Shown here in pieces: positions 24,501 to 35,159 of a stretch of DNA of 64,000 bases. The notes below the pieces were generated by a model. It worked only from the letters and a program-made list of their open reading frames with translations, was not told the origin of the DNA and did no database searches. Within the stretch, counting starts at the first letter, position 1, and every line of letters starts with the position of its first letter. Source of the stretch: Salisapilia sapeloensis CBS 127946 (lineage: Eukaryota > Protista > Oomycota); contig JAADVB010000060.1 in NCBI GenBank assembly GCA_023334545.1, positions 19,068-83,067 of the forward strand. The letters run 5' to 3'. The position numbers and the translations under genes are program-made.

Positions 24501-27500
24501 GCGTGATGTTAAAGCCACGACCAGTTGCACGATATTTACTTCCACCACGTAGCAAGGCAACGTCAAAGAAGTGTGCTTTGGTGCCAGTTAAAAAGACGTA
24601 GAAGACGATCCCCATGGTCGCAAAGAGTTCAAAGATCTGGAAGCAGCCGTTCTTGAAGCCAAACTCGACGACAAGTGTCGCCATGAGTGGGAGTGTCGTG
24701 AGCATACCGAACTGTAGAACGTATTGTGTGCCGAGGACTGCAGAGAGCGATGCCATCGAGTCTGACTTGGCCACAGCATCTTCCTGCAAAGCGACGTGCG
24801 TACCAACGTAGAGCTTCGAGTAGGCGTAGACGAAGACACAGAAGACGGTTAATGCGTTGCAAATGTAGAATCCAAAGTGTCCGTAGAACATCGAGTTGAG
24901 TCGGAAGAAATCCAAGTGACTCGACATACGATGTCCTTCTCGACTCAAACAACTTTCAGCACATCCGTTCGAAAGCTTCGCTTCGAACGCATTGATCTGA
25001 CTGAGCGTCACGTCTCGACCTTTACCACATTGCATGAACTCGACATGCGTAACTAGGCCTCCTCGAAGCGTCACATTGTATCCGCTAAACACATCCTCTG
25101 ACAAGTTGATACCTTTCGACGCTTTTGAAACACCACCACTCGTCATGACAAACGACTTTTCAAACACATCTGGATGTCCATAGTGCATTCGACTGCGTAG
25201 AGGTTTCGCCAGCACACGCTGCGTAAGTGTTACAAAGACCAGCTCCTGTAGCGTCATGAAACGAGCGAGAGACGATGCACGACCGGTGAAGACGTGCTCT
25301 TTCATGCCAATGACCGTGACTTCTTCCCCCGTCTCGGTGACCGATGTGGCGAGGAAGTTGGGCATCTTGAGACACTCTTCAAAGTAATGCTCTTGGTTCA
25401 TATCGATCGTCTGGAGGTATTCTCCTCTCGTGAAGACAAGTGCAACGTTCTGATTCTCTGGTTTACCTTCGCCAAGGATCGGATTACCAGGTAGTTCATA
25501 TCGATACACTTCGACGATTTCATCTCCTTCCGACTTGGCAAGGACACAATCAAATCGTTTGTCACCATCATTCAGTTCGATCGTATCGACGAACGAGACA
25601 CGCCAGCTAGGATACTTTTTCATGAGATAGTCAATGTCATCTGCACGATGGTCACCCTTGGCAGCTTGGGCAGAGTAGATCTGACAACCAGTGATGTACG
25701 AAAACTTAAGCGACGAGATGCGGTCCATGTCTACTACCTTGTCAGCTTCACTCATATCCGCTGAAAAGAGCTCCATCCAACGTAAGAGACGGATCGCGTC
25801 TTCGTACATCATCATGCCCTGCACAGTACGTGCGAGCGTCTGACCGCGCAGACTCGCCCACAGTCGTACTTCTCTCGGCACAGCTTCCAGTGCTTCATCA
25901 AGAGTCGCAAGACCCATGCGTTCTAGAAAGTTACTCCACTCTTCAGCGTGGAACGTGATGAGGTACTTCATAATCGACAGCTCTTGCTGTCCCTTGGCCT
26001 TTGCATGCTTGTCGACAGCTTCAAAGAGCGGATTGCTGTTCACTGGATCGCTTAGCTCGGCAAGTGTGAACATGACCGTCTCGCTATAGTACGGTGTCAT
26101 GACGCTAAAGGACGGCATGGCTTCGAGTGATGAGATGGTGGGCATCTCCATCGACAGCGAGTGCAGGAAGAAACCCATGCGACGCTTCGCTTCAGCGCCT
26201 CGTGGCAAAGCATTCGATACGTCTAGTTTCAAAAGGAAGAAGAGACGTGTGCAGCTGGACATGAAGGCTTCTCGAGCGTGTCGAGAAGACGCTTCGAGTC
26301 CCATGCTATTCTGTCGCCGAGGCGCAGTGAACATAGTACTTTCACCAAAGGCATCTGCTTTATAAAGTGCAAGGAGCTGTTCTTTCTGGAACGTCAAGTC
26401 GGACGAGTCGAGGAATGCGACGCGACGGAGACGCGAGACGACCGTTTCGTCGTTCACCATGAGCTCAATGGTACCGACCATGTCTCTCAAGTGTCGTACG
26501 ATCTCACTTACTTGCGAATGGAACTCGGCACGCAGAGGCTCCGTGTCACTCGATGTGCTTTCCAACGCTTCTACGTCTTCCGGAAGATCGAGGATGTCCG
26601 TGAGTAGCTCTAGAAGCTGTTCATTCAACGTACTCATGTACTGGAAGTCGACTAAAGACATGACGTCTTGAGCACTGACAAAGTAATCGAGGATCTGCAG
26701 AACGTTCTCTCCGTCCTTGTCACCTAGTAGCAGGAAGATAATGTCTCGGAAGAGCTCAACGCCGTGACGAACGGCATCCATAGCCTCGATAGCAGCAATC
26801 TTGTTCACTAGATCGGGCGTCGTCTTGACGTTATGGCTATGTGCTTCGGAAGCGATTTCAATTGCCTTGGGAAGCTTGCCAGCCAAGAGGAAGATCGGGT
26901 CTTCCACACGTTCGCCGTTACGCAGTAGTCTGTACTGCAGCATCACTGTCTCGCGGTCGTCTAGCAGATCGTTGAGACGGAAGCTGCTAACGACTTCGTT
27001 CCAGATGATGGCAAAGCGTAGACGTTTCATGTCTTGCAGCACAGGCGTCTCGAGACTCTCTCTATCTCCCATTGGCTTCTGCTTCTTCGCTTGATCACTC
27101 GAAATCGTGTTGTCAAAGCGGCTTGGCGCGAGGTACAAACCTTTTTGTAGATCCAAGAGCGTGCCGTAGTGTCCTAGTTTCAAGCGGAAACCCATGATCA
27201 TACCGACAACACTCTGGTACAGGATGAACCAGATCTGTAGATCGTACATGTACACCACTAGGACAGGTGCCCAAAGCGCTAGGATGAAACCAATGTTATG
27301 GTTAGACTCGAGGACACCTTTGGCTTTTTGCTCTTCCGGAACAGGCAAGTCCCAAATCTCGACTGATGGACCGACTAGAGGCTTGATCATGAGTTGGAGA
27401 CTAAAGAGGAATTTACAGAGGAAGATGACGGTCCAGGAGAGTCCGTACATGCCGAATTGATGCCATGGCTGGCCCATGTCTCGACCAACGTACTGCTGGT

Positions 27501-28836
27501 TCGTACCATCGAGCCCGTTTAAGATCGAGACGCTCCAGACGAAACGACCAAAGCACATGCGCGTGACGGAAGACATGAGGACAGGGATGAGGTAGATGAT
27601 GAGGAAGCTGAGTGCCGACGCAAGGTACGTTCCTTCTTCTCCACCGCCTGGAAGCGCACTGCTTAAGCCAGCCAACGCAAAGTTTTCATTCGGCGAAACG
27701 AAGACGAGGAGGAAGAGGCAGAAGAAGATGGTGTGCCAGGCGAAACGGATGAAGATGCCCATTGCGGTGAATGGGTTCTTAAACGTCCGGATGCCGTAGA
27801 GCCATATTTGGAGCCCAGCCTTGACCATGAGCAGACCTGTGACGGTCATCATGACCGAGTAGAGTGCATGCAGTCTTGTCTTCTTCTGTCCACTCGAGAA
27901 GAACTTGGAGTAGATCATGAAGCCGGAGGTCGAGTCCGGATCTGAGCGGTAGGCGATGTATACGATGGCGACTTGCAAGTGGAAGACGACGAGGAGGAAG
28001 TACCATAGACGGAAGAAACCGAGTAGAGGGTTAAATACACTACGTTTTTCCTTGAACGTCTTGTGCTCCTGTGCTGCGAGTGCTTGGGATACATTGCGTT
28101 CATCAAAGTCAAGACAAGTCTTTGTCCAGAAGAACTCGTTCACATCGTCGTAGTTGATAATGTCCTTGTGATCCAATGGACGCTTCCCTTCTGGTGCCGA
28201 TGCGGTCTTCATCTGCGCCACGTGCTTGTACACGGGTCGAATGATCTCCTTAAGGTAAAATCCTTCTTCCACATCCGGCAGCGTCTCGACGTTACTGAGT
28301 TTGTATGAGACGCTATGGTAGAGAAAGCATAGACATTCAGGCATGAAGCGAATGTTTCCAGCTTCTCCCCACATGAGTAGGAAGAGTGCGATCTGTCGCT
28401 CTTTCATCGGTCCGTCATGTGCCTCTGCTCCATGCGGTTTCACTCGCAGAAACTCACACCATTTAACGTAATTCTTCAGGAACTTTGCATGCACTCGATC
28501 AAGCGCTTCCCCTTCGACATCCGCGACTTTATTCTCGTTCCGTAGACGGTATTGGTAGTTTGTAAACCAGCATCCGAAATGCTCTTTCTGGTTCGCGACG
28601 CTGCTTTGTTGGAAGCCAAACTTGCGCTGCAACAACTCAAACGGTCCATGACGCGCAGCTTCCGCGCCTTCGGTGGGAAAATTTTGGAATTCCAGCCCAG
28701 GCGTGTCCTGGAACGACGTCAAGTGCTGGAGCGATGGCTCGCGACTCGTGTCGATGTAGTTATGTGCAGCCGTCCGGCGACCAGGCGTGTTTCCGCCGCC
28801 AAAGTGATGCTGCATATACGTTGCCCCCTCTTCCAC
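21520..28836 (-). CDS. 1,3-beta-glucan (callose) synthase, GT48/FKS family, fused to a C-terminal MFS sugar-transporter-like domain; intronless
   Basis: FKS1 domain (LLMWGEAGNIRFMPECLCF) and GT48 motifs GEGKPENQN, TIDMNQEHYFEE, RMHYGHPD, INLSEDVFSG and QCGKGRDV. The C-terminal multi-TM region has the sugar-porter signature WFLPESPVWL. Confidence 0.95.
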   Translation of the reverse strand: MEEGATYMQHHFGGGNTPGRRTAAHNYIDTSREPSLQHLTSFQDTPGLEFQNFPTEGAEAARHGPFELLQRKFGFQQSSVANQKEHFGCWFTNYQYRLRNENKVADVEGEALDRVHAKFLKNYVKWCEFLRVKPHGAEAHDGPMKERQIALFLLMWGEAGNIRFMPECLCFLYHSVSYKLSNVETLPDVEEGFYLKEIIRPVYKHVAQMKTASAPEGKRPLDHKDIINYDDVNEFFWTKTCLDFDERNVSQALAAQEHKTFKEKRSVFNPLLGFFRLWYFLLVVFHLQVAIVYIAYRSDPDSTSGFMIYSKFFSSGQKKTRLHALYSVMMTVTGLLMVKAGLQIWLYGIRTFKNPFTAMGIFIRFAWHTIFFCLFLLVFVSPNENFALAGLSSALPGGGEEGTYLASALSFLIIYLIPVLMSSVTRMCFGRFVWSVSILNGLDGTNQQYVGRDMGQPWHQFGMYGLSWTVIFLCKFLFSLQLMIKPLVGPSVEIWDLPVPEEQKAKGVLESNHNIGFILALWAPVLVVYMYDLQIWFILYQSVVGMIMGFRLKLGHYGTLLDLQKGLYLAPSRFDNTISSDQAKKQKPMGDRESLETPVLQDMKRLRFAIIWNEVVSSFRLNDLLDDRETVMLQYRLLRNGERVEDPIFLLAGKLPKAIEIASEAHSHNVKTTPDLVNKIAAIEAMDAVRHGVELFRDIIFLLLGDKDGENVLQILDYFVSAQDVMSLVDFQYMSTLNEQLLELLTDILDLPEDVEALESTSSDTEPLRAEFHSQVSEIVRHLRDMVGTIELMVNDETVVSRLRRVAFLDSSDLTFQKEQLLALYKADAFGESTMFTAPRRQNSMGLEASSRHAREAFMSSCTRLFFLLKLDVSNALPRGAEAKRRMGFFLHSLSMEMPTISSLEAMPSFSVMTPYYSETVMFTLAELSDPVNSNPLFEAVDKHAKAKGQQELSIMKYLITFHAEEWSNFLERMGLATLDEALEAVPREVRLWASLRGQTLARTVQGMMMYEDAIRLLRWMELFSADMSEADKVVDMDRISSLKFSYITGCQIYSAQAAKGDHRADDIDYLMKKYPSWRVSFVDTIELNDGDKRFDCVLAKSEGDEIVEVYRYELPGNPILGEGKPENQNVALVFTRGEYLQTIDMNQEHYFEECLKMPNFLATSVTETGEEVTVIGMKEHVFTGRASSLARFMTLQELVFVTLTQRVLAKPLRSRMHYGHPDVFEKSFVMTSGGVSKASKGINLSEDVFSGYNVTLRGGLVTHVEFMQCGKGRDVTLSQINAFEAKLSNGCAESCLSREGHRMSSHLDFFRLNSMFYGHFGFYICNALTVFCVFVYAYSKLYVGTHVALQEDAVAKSDSMASLSAVLGTQYVLQFGMLTTLPLMATLVVEFGFKNGCFQIFELFATMGIVFYVFLTGTKAHFFDVALLRGGSKYRATGRGFNITRDPMVSFFKEYGVSHFRKAVELIGIMGLYGLYANFSLGVDALDDFCENADFDCKDEPEKVPENITNLAAYGSSGGQSFGLASFAVLLLGSCWLMAPFIFNTDGLVLAKTNIDISNWFAWMMRVRNEDEVAQDEAPATAHTIPVPKDGWIEWWKEDVDLNANLGGMGRLTYCLRELRFPIAMYYVFTTQFSLGWLGLLVPMILGAWFMLWFGNRMVSMTMGSRQKSKLLMIRGIVYMVGTLSGLTLLPLIICLIAGWSMLKAVTLTVCIILGLNTICQYGVAMHGVYGFKVAHWRPISSLGFLMDIIVSVFLVLPLFILSLLPFMRILQTRMMYNGGFSRALSSGSEVAASLAILMGLLVGFIFGFMKSFLMGLGYVNDPSDNFINKSFYYFVTETFANDGKNYLDFMSNGYAKLIGAVASILAIAISYGLGKLLGRKWNICIGAILIAVSLGLNFTPSTGVITASIALANAGSAMVFMNYLLWAFEICTKGWRGKSVGIFLLGAMMGYLVHNSMQASSDITSMSEQFSNKPQYTWCLQPIYVVAPMLFVLFVALWFLPESPVWLIARGKPEPARESFVTLRRRQKVDADIKAVQDEMTGKIEDVNMTFRIAFTICLQAMFGLFLSQAMLPRLSVEKEDEDGDEKGTFTNRWPMYFGMSCGFGLAFGSILVDNVRRKTLLKDFTPFLALASLIAGIADAATGGKSDASVQVIAVMIYVVSGLSLLNVSNLSALEMFPMRRRTLFFCISLCVSYVVQGLVYFLSPSLAATMFVFCVCCMALTVVLFLYCASTKQGAIQLKGEKRRQKEREAAEARQRAEAGEDGPKASGGGKMDQQRRRRIMQAIMNSRAVNAFTPNTQGQRLPPELHHSHSGSSQFSLSTDATSTPYNRSTTPTSDRQTEQEWHYSQTFNRNSATYQDGPQQTSEVRTRPTMPAQEDSLYEGTMIEELENLPDNLFQEQISYPANQPRSQSLLQSRQFPDSELEAETNSRVWRM

Positions 28837-29113
28837 AGCTTTCTAAAGTCGAAATGAACGTCTGGATTGCGGGACTTGAGCCTCGTTTCTCAATAGGTGA
28901 AAACATCCTATCCCTTACGTGCAGTAGGTACACCTGTCTATCTTTATAAAGTGCATTTCAACGAACAAAATGTATAGACGGAAAAAGTAGTTGTCCAGAT
29001 GGGTTATTAAATTTGGAAAAAATCCAAACGACGTAAGACTCGAACAAGATTTCAAATGTGAAAATCCATCGGCTGCCATCAAGAGACCACGACGTCGAGT
29101 ATCGAGATGGAGG

Positions 29114-32100
29114 CTACAAGCATAATTCCAGATACGTACGTCCATAGGTATTCGTCGCGTCGTCTTCAATGGCAGGGTATGCTGGTGTTAAACCGTCTTG
29201 CGCATACATGTACAACGAGTTGTATAGTTTCCAATAGACTTCTCGAACACGTCGTGCTGGATGGAAGAGACCTTGCATCACGTACTGGAGGATGACATGC
29301 GGCCCGACGGCGACTCGACAGCCTTCAATCGCGTCAAAGACAGCATTAATCACATGTGGCGAAGTCTCAAAGACATTCGGCCAGACGTAGTTGAGTAAAT
29401 GCACGAGCGCATCTTCACATCCGAGGCCAACAACACCAAGCGCCATGTGCTTGACCGTCGTGCAAGCAGTCTGTCGATGCACAAGATCTCTATCCATAAG
29501 TGCATCCTGTAGCAACGGTGTCACAGCGTAAATGTAGTCCTTGGACACTTCGCCAATGTACTCAAACATGAATGAAAACGCTTTCAGGACACCGTTCTGG
29601 ACGTTTAATTCCGGCACACGGTACTCATTCATGAGCGCAGGGACGACCGTGAATGGCGCACACATCTCTGCAACGATAGCAATCGCAACGGTGGTGCACA
29701 CGCGGTTCTGACGCTCTTGCACCTTAAGGTTATTCAGCAACGTATGCAGCACATCCTGTGGTCCAATGGCCTTGGCAAGGTACCCGAAAGTGTTCACAGC
29801 AGCACGTCGGATGCTCTTCTTGTGTGCATTCAAAAGCTCCAGCAGTTCAAAGCAGATACGCATCCACTCTCGAGGCGACACGAACTCTTCGCCACGATCC
29901 GCGATGCGTCCGATGAGGTCGACGCATTGTTCTTGGACCTTTTCATGTCGATTCTTAAGGATAGGCGTGACGCGTGGCAGGAGATCTTTGATCGGTGGTG
30001 TCATCTTGCTCATACCAATGACGTTGACGATGGCTTTCAAGGCTCCGAGGATGGAGCCTAGGACTTCTGGATATTCTTCGCCAAGGTACTCGTACAAGAC
30101 GACGCCCATGTGACCCATGAGTTGCTCCTGATCACACGTCTTCATGACGCCTGCGATACGGCTGACTAGATCTGCTGCTTGCATACGTACCTTTGCTGGC
30201 TTGTTATTCAGACGCCACTTGATGGTACCACAGATTTGCGGCAGGTAGTTCTTGGCACGTAGACCGAGGGCATTGACGACAGTGCCAAATCCATCGAGCA
30301 AGACCGACGTGTCGTCTGCTGTCTGTTCCTGGAAAGCGTAGAGAACGCCATCGAGCAGTCTTTCTTCCAGTTCACTTCCAATATCCGTCGCGCCGAGGTT
30401 GGCAATAATCTTCTGGACGGCATCCATGACCATGCGTCTATACGGCTCACTCTCGTCCTTAAGGTCATCCACGACACGCGAGACGATTTCACTTGCTCCG
30501 ACTTTATTCGCAATCTCAACTGTCGTTTCAACAAGCTGTCGATAGTTACGTCGATCGAGCGCCATGCGTCGGACCCAAAAGTGTCTGAAAAAGTCCGGTA
30601 GGATCTCTTCTCGTACGTATGAAGCTTCGACGCCGTCCGTCGCAACACATTGCTTGACGACTTTCAACACGATCTTCTTCATCTCTTCATCTGGGCTCTG
30701 GAACTCTCGAATTAAAATCACCATCACCTCTCGTGTGTAGTAATTCGCGTAGTGCGCGTCCATGAGTGGGATGATAAAGCCCACGGCCTTGAGGAATGCC
30801 GCGAGGCCTTTACCACGGTGCTGACGGATACCTTTCCAAAGCGGCTGGAGGACGCAGTCGAACGATTCGATGCCGTACGGATGCGCTGCTTCAGCTAGTG
30901 CTGCCAATGCCAAGGCAGTGATCGTACGCACCTTTTGATCGTCCTGGAGACCGTGCTGAATGATCTCCACGAGGTGCTTCAAGTGCGGGAGGATGGCACA
31001 ACCCATGAGAATCGCGATTTGCTGCACGATCTTGATACCCGTATGACGTGCCTGCCATGACTTGCGACTCTGACACACTGCCTTGAGGAAAGGCAGGAGC
31101 GACGGGACGCCAAGAGCTGATGCGACGACGGCAAAGGCTCGAGAAGTCGTATTGCGAACGTACTCGTCTTCATTATCCAGGTCAGGTCGCATGGTCGAGA
31201 TCATCGTTGCCAGTCCTGCAGCTTTTGCTAGATTGGATATGATCTCACGACCTTCAACACGTGCATAGTAGTCTTCATCGATCAGCATCGGTTCGATCGG
31301 AACAAGAATCTTGTGCACATACGGACGGACGAGATCATCGAGTTTGTACATGACTCGATCGATCACTTTCACAAGTAAATGCCGTTCCTGATCTTCCAGC
31401 GTCATGGATCGAAGCAGTGGAAGGATCTGGTTGAACAACGGACCGGCACCAAATTCACGTGCATTCTCGGTGATCTGACGCAGTGCAGACTTGCGTTGCG
31501 GAGGCGTTCCGTTCTTAATTTTCAACAGCAGACGCATGATCTTACGTTCCTTGGCGGTCTCGGCATCCAAGGCCTCTTCATCCACTTCATCCATTAGTTT
31601 GCCAAAGTACTGGTAGTCCTCCGGCTTAATGTACGGCATAGATGCATCAGCAGCACCGGATGGAGTCATGGGCACGCCGTATTCAGCTCTTGCCGGTGTC
31701 TCCTGCATCTTAAATCCTGGTGTCTGACCCATGGGCGTCGGCGTCGACAAGAGCTTACGAGATGGTGTACGGATCGGGATGTAGTTGGCAGGTGGATCTA
31801 GAATCTTATAACCTGCGGATGGGAACATGGCATCAAGCTCTTCGTCGGACATTGGACGATTGCGCTCTTCCACTTCATGCTCCCACCGCATGCGTTGGGC
31901 AATCTCCGGCGTCACAGAGCCAGCCAAAACACTCATACCTTTACCAGGCGTTGCATCCTTGGATGCCACCGGTGTTTCGTCCCAACGAGAGCGTCTGCTG
32001 CCGGGCGTTGGCGTCGCAGATACTCCTCCTGCACCGCCAGACACGGGTGTGGCATCCCACTTGGAGCCACTGGGCGTGGCGGATGGAGTCGCGTCCCATC

Positions 32101-32800
32101 GATTACGCTTAGGTGTGGCAGCAGGAGTGGTGTCCCACTTGGCGCCTCGAACGGGTGTGTCTGCACCGCTCGATTCGGACCCTTTATCCCAGTCAGATCC
32201 ACTTTCCTTGTCTGTTTTCGGCATATCAGGCTGGGCATTGCCGCCATCGTCCCAACGCATGCGTTTACGACGCTTAGGCGTCGGTTCATCCTCAAGCGAT
32301 GAAGACTCTTTGGTCTCGCCAGCTTGGCCTTTCGTTTCCTCTTGCTCCTGTTGTTTCTGACGGATCTTGCGCATGACTTCTGCACGCTCAGCTTCGAGAC
32401 GTTGGGACTGCATAATATCTTTATAGGACCGCTGTGGTGTCTTGCCATCGAATGCGTCGCCACGCTCAGGTGAGAGCACGCGATCCCATCCTCGTTTACC
32501 GTATTCATTCTGTCTGTCCATGATTTTAGTGTTCACGAGACCAGAGCCATTGCCTTCAGCCGCTCCGTTTGCAAATGGATCGTGCGATTCGTCCACGAGA
32601 CCTTCCCGAGCAGCATCCAAGGACATGCTCTTCTCTTGCTGTCTTGCTTGCGAAGCAGCCGGGGCCTCCGACGTGTCTTGCTCATCACCTTCCAGTGGGA
32701 TGGAATCAGCATATCCTTTAAACTTGTCATCTGAACCGTATAAATCCTGATCGAAATGGCCTTGAGCTCCAAGACCGACTTTTTCCGATTCCGACGACAT
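29114..32800 (-). CDS. SF3B1: Splicing factor 3B subunit 1 (U2 snRNP SAP155)
   Basis: RWD/KWD-TP ULM repeats, p14-binding [16 protein letters not shown], and near-canonical HEAT repeats ([21 protein letters not shown]...[16 protein letters not shown]). Likely start is MSSESEK at 32800. Confidence 0.97.
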   Translation of the reverse strand: MSSESEKVGLGAQGHFDQDLYGSDDKFKGYADSIPLEGDEQDTSEAPAASQARQQEKSMSLDAAREGLVDESHDPFANGAAEGNGSGLVNTKIMDRQNEYGKRGWDRVLSPERGDAFDGKTPQRSYKDIMQSQRLEAERAEVMRKIRQKQQEQEETKGQAGETKESSSLEDEPTPKRRKRMRWDDGGNAQPDMPKTDKESGSDWDKGSESSGADTPVRGAKWDTTPAATPKRNRWDATPSATPSGSKWDATPVSGGAGGVSATPTPGSRRSRWDETPVASKDATPGKGMSVLAGSVTPEIAQRMRWEHEVEERNRPMSDEELDAMFPSAGYKILDPPANYIPIRTPSRKLLSTPTPMGQTPGFKMQETPARAEYGVPMTPSGAADASMPYIKPEDYQYFGKLMDEVDEEALDAETAKERKIMRLLLKIKNGTPPQRKSALRQITENAREFGAGPLFNQILPLLRSMTLEDQERHLLVKVIDRVMYKLDDLVRPYVHKILVPIEPMLIDEDYYARVEGREIISNLAKAAGLATMISTMRPDLDNEDEYVRNTTSRAFAVVASALGVPSLLPFLKAVCQSRKSWQARHTGIKIVQQIAILMGCAILPHLKHLVEIIQHGLQDDQKVRTITALALAALAEAAHPYGIESFDCVLQPLWKGIRQHRGKGLAAFLKAVGFIIPLMDAHYANYYTREVMVILIREFQSPDEEMKKIVLKVVKQCVATDGVEASYVREEILPDFFRHFWVRRMALDRRNYRQLVETTVEIANKVGASEIVSRVVDDLKDESEPYRRMVMDAVQKIIANLGATDIGSELEERLLDGVLYAFQEQTADDTSVLLDGFGTVVNALGLRAKNYLPQICGTIKWRLNNKPAKVRMQAADLVSRIAGVMKTCDQEQLMGHMGVVLYEYLGEEYPEVLGSILGALKAIVNVIGMSKMTPPIKDLLPRVTPILKNRHEKVQEQCVDLIGRIADRGEEFVSPREWMRICFELLELLNAHKKSIRRAAVNTFGYLAKAIGPQDVLHTLLNNLKVQERQNRVCTTVAIAIVAEMCAPFTVVPALMNEYRVPELNVQNGVLKAFSFMFEYIGEVSKDYIYAVTPLLQDALMDRDLVHRQTACTTVKHMALGVVGLGCEDALVHLLNYVWPNVFETSPHVINAVFDAIEGCRVAVGPHVILQYVMQGLFHPARRVREVYWKLYNSLYMYAQDGLTPAYPAIEDDATNTYGRTYLELCL

Positions 32801-33923
32801 GGCTGCTGTATTTATTCTGCTATGAAGATGGGAAAAGAGGTGTGAAATGGCAGGTAGATGAAGCTCCTGGTGTTCACGTAAATCGAGTATAAATTGCTTT
32901 GCTGCAAAGGTGGAACGTCTTGCCCGATGATCGCTCTCCTCTTCTTCCTCGCTCGCGTTTCGACTGCGCGTCCAACGGGCCGTGAAGCATACAAATATCC
33001 AGTTATTCGAAAGCACTCGACTTGAGTATGGAGATGCGATTCGAATTTAGTACTGGACGCTGATTGGTTGATAATATATTCAAGGTTGAAATAAAATAGA
33101 TTCTTTACTTTACTTTTCTTTTTCATTCTTTCTTTGAGGAAGACGCGGGTGCGTCTTGATCATGAGATAGGCTTGCAGTATTGCTTGCTGAAGCTGCTGG
33201 TGCTGGATACGGTTAAATGCTGAGTTACTGCATGGTACGCTATACCAAGGAATGGAGCACACACGGTCTAACTTGAGACTTGTATGGTGTCATTCTAATC
33301 CTACCGTTCTACTATCAGTACAATGCGTACGATCAGAGCGTGCAATCATCCTGCTCGGTGTCTTACGTTCTCTGACTTATTCAAACGTATCAGATCTAGA
33401 ATTAATCCGCTCGTCAAAGTTTTCCGACCAGTTTTCGTCGAGTTTCCACGAGCTTTTGATGCCAAAGTTTCCGCAGAAAGTGTATCCAAATCCAGAGCTT
33501 TCCAGTGGCGACACGAATCTGTCTCAAGAAACTTTGGCTTGTCACCCTCTTCGTCCAAGTTACCAGCCATGGATTTCTCCACCCATGTACGCCTTTCGCA
33601 TCATCATCTCCACCGCTTCAGTACAAGCTGTACCTTCAGAATGTTCAACCAGCCATACATCGCATTCTGAAGCTCATCACAAATCGCGATTTCAACCTTG
33701 CTGGCGTGCCCACATGTCTGGCCCTTACTTTCTCTACCGAGTGGCTGCAACCCCAATCCAGTGAATCCCGACTCACTAAACAAACGACTGTTCTATGCAT
33801 CCCGCTCTTAAACGTGGGAGACCATTAAATCGGATTCTTGTCAACAGTGGTAGGGGTCATGGCAGCAGGTCATTTCTTATCTACGTGAGGGAGAGTCTGC
33901 CTGGCGTCACCCACCACGAGCGC

Positions 33924-35078
33924 ATGACGCACACTCAACGTTGCTCATCCCGGACGCAAGACTCGGCCGAAACGGTCGTACGCTCCAATTTTCATTTGAA
34001 CATGACCGAAGTAGATCAGCTCCGTGGGAACACTATGCGCAGTCTATCGTCGCAGAACCTCTTCCATCGAACGGCTAGTATGTGCAGCCAAAGCAGTCAG
34101 AGCAGTCAGAGCAGTGTCTCGAGTAGCTGCTCCAAGTCCAGCCTGAGCATACCGTCCATGTCTCCCCGTATCGACATTCCATTGAGTGGACGTCACGGTA
34201 GCAACGCCTCGACGAATGGTCCGATGACGCTGGAAGACCTCGAACGATCACTTCGTTCGTCTCCTCATGCGCAGTCAAAATCTGGCGACGATAGTACAAA
34301 AAAGCTCAGATCATCCTTTGTCAAGTCCGTCGTCAGCATCTTTAGCAAAAGCAAAGACGCCAAGAACGAACAAATGGCGAGCACAGGTACAAGCGTCGGT
34401 AGTCTCTTTGACGAAGAGCCGGAATACTTTCCCAAGCTATCTTCACCTTGGGGACAACAGTCCTATCAATGCAATTGGACGGAACTCGCTGCGACACTCT
34501 TTCATCGTCCAGTCCTCGACGACATTGCTCGTGTCCAAAAAGCACTAGTGGCGTCGGAATGGAGTGAGGAGCGCTTGAGCAGCTTACGTCGATGGCTGCT
34601 GCAGCTAGAGGTCCGTGTCAACCTTGTTCGACGTTTGAAAGCGTTGCTACAGGAAGAGCGGTCTGTCGTAGCTGGTGTAGACCCAAAACTATCGCCTTCC
34701 CAACTTACCAAGTTCACAGAAGTGTTGGAAAGCTTGACGATCGATGCATTCGAGACACAAGAGCTGTATCGTGAAGCCGTAGGTGAAGCCCTGACGTCTC
34801 TAGTGCAGTCACTGAACAAGGATGGATCGGCCATGGCGGAGTGGACGGTGTTTAACATGACGGAAGCCCTCGAGTACCAAGCGCTGAGCAACATGTTTCA
34901 TCACATGAGTGATGAAGAGCCTGCAGGCGTCATCCTCGTACAGATTGTCAAGAGCTTAAATGACACCGAGTCAGCTTCGTTGTTAAATTGCTGTGACATG
35001 GACATTCAATTGAAACTCATGGAGGATTGGAAGCAGGAACATGATCGTTATCGAAAGCTCGTGGATGCCATGAACTAA
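33924..35078 (+). CDS. Uncharacterised protein: Ser-rich N-terminus plus helical C-terminal domain
   Basis: Long open frame (427 codons from 33795) with natural composition. The true start is uncertain (33924, 34000 or 34035). No family recognised. Confidence 0.65.
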   Translation: MTHTQRCSSRTQDSAETVVRSNFHLNMTEVDQLRGNTMRSLSSQNLFHRTASMCSQSSQSSQSSVSSSCSKSSLSIPSMSPRIDIPLSGRHGSNASTNGPMTLEDLERSLRSSPHAQSKSGDDSTKKLRSSFVKSVVSIFSKSKDAKNEQMASTGTSVGSLFDEEPEYFPKLSSPWGQQSYQCNWTELAATLFHRPVLDDIARVQKALVASEWSEERLSSLRRWLLQLEVRVNLVRRLKALLQEERSVVAGVDPKLSPSQLTKFTEVLESLTIDAFETQELYREAVGEALTSLVQSLNKDGSAMAEWTVFNMTEALEYQALSNMFHHMSDEEPAGVILVQIVKSLNDTESASLLNCCDMDIQLKLMEDWKQEHDRYRKLVDAMN

Positions 35079-35159
35079 GAACAAGTAGTAGTGATAATTG
35101 TAGAGCGAAATGGAACCTAGTGTGTTTAAAGAAGACGTGGACTTGTTTTAATTGCGAAG

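Noticed and set aside
32711-32719. ATATCCTTT, a U12-type (AT-AC) donor consensus
   Set aside because: It is on the non-coding strand inside the uninterrupted SF3B1 ORF; no intron is needed there.
3-32800. Apparent clustering of RNA-processing/chromatin genes (WRAP53, RBMX2, SMYD, CBP, SF3B1)
   Set aside because: These categories are common, the genes are interspersed with unrelated ones on both strands, and there is no evidence of a functional cluster.
32801-33016. 72-codon N-terminal extension of the SF3B1 ORF from a TTG start
   Set aside because: The ORF caller used a bacterial-style start; homology-like sequence starts at MSSESEK (ATG 32800).
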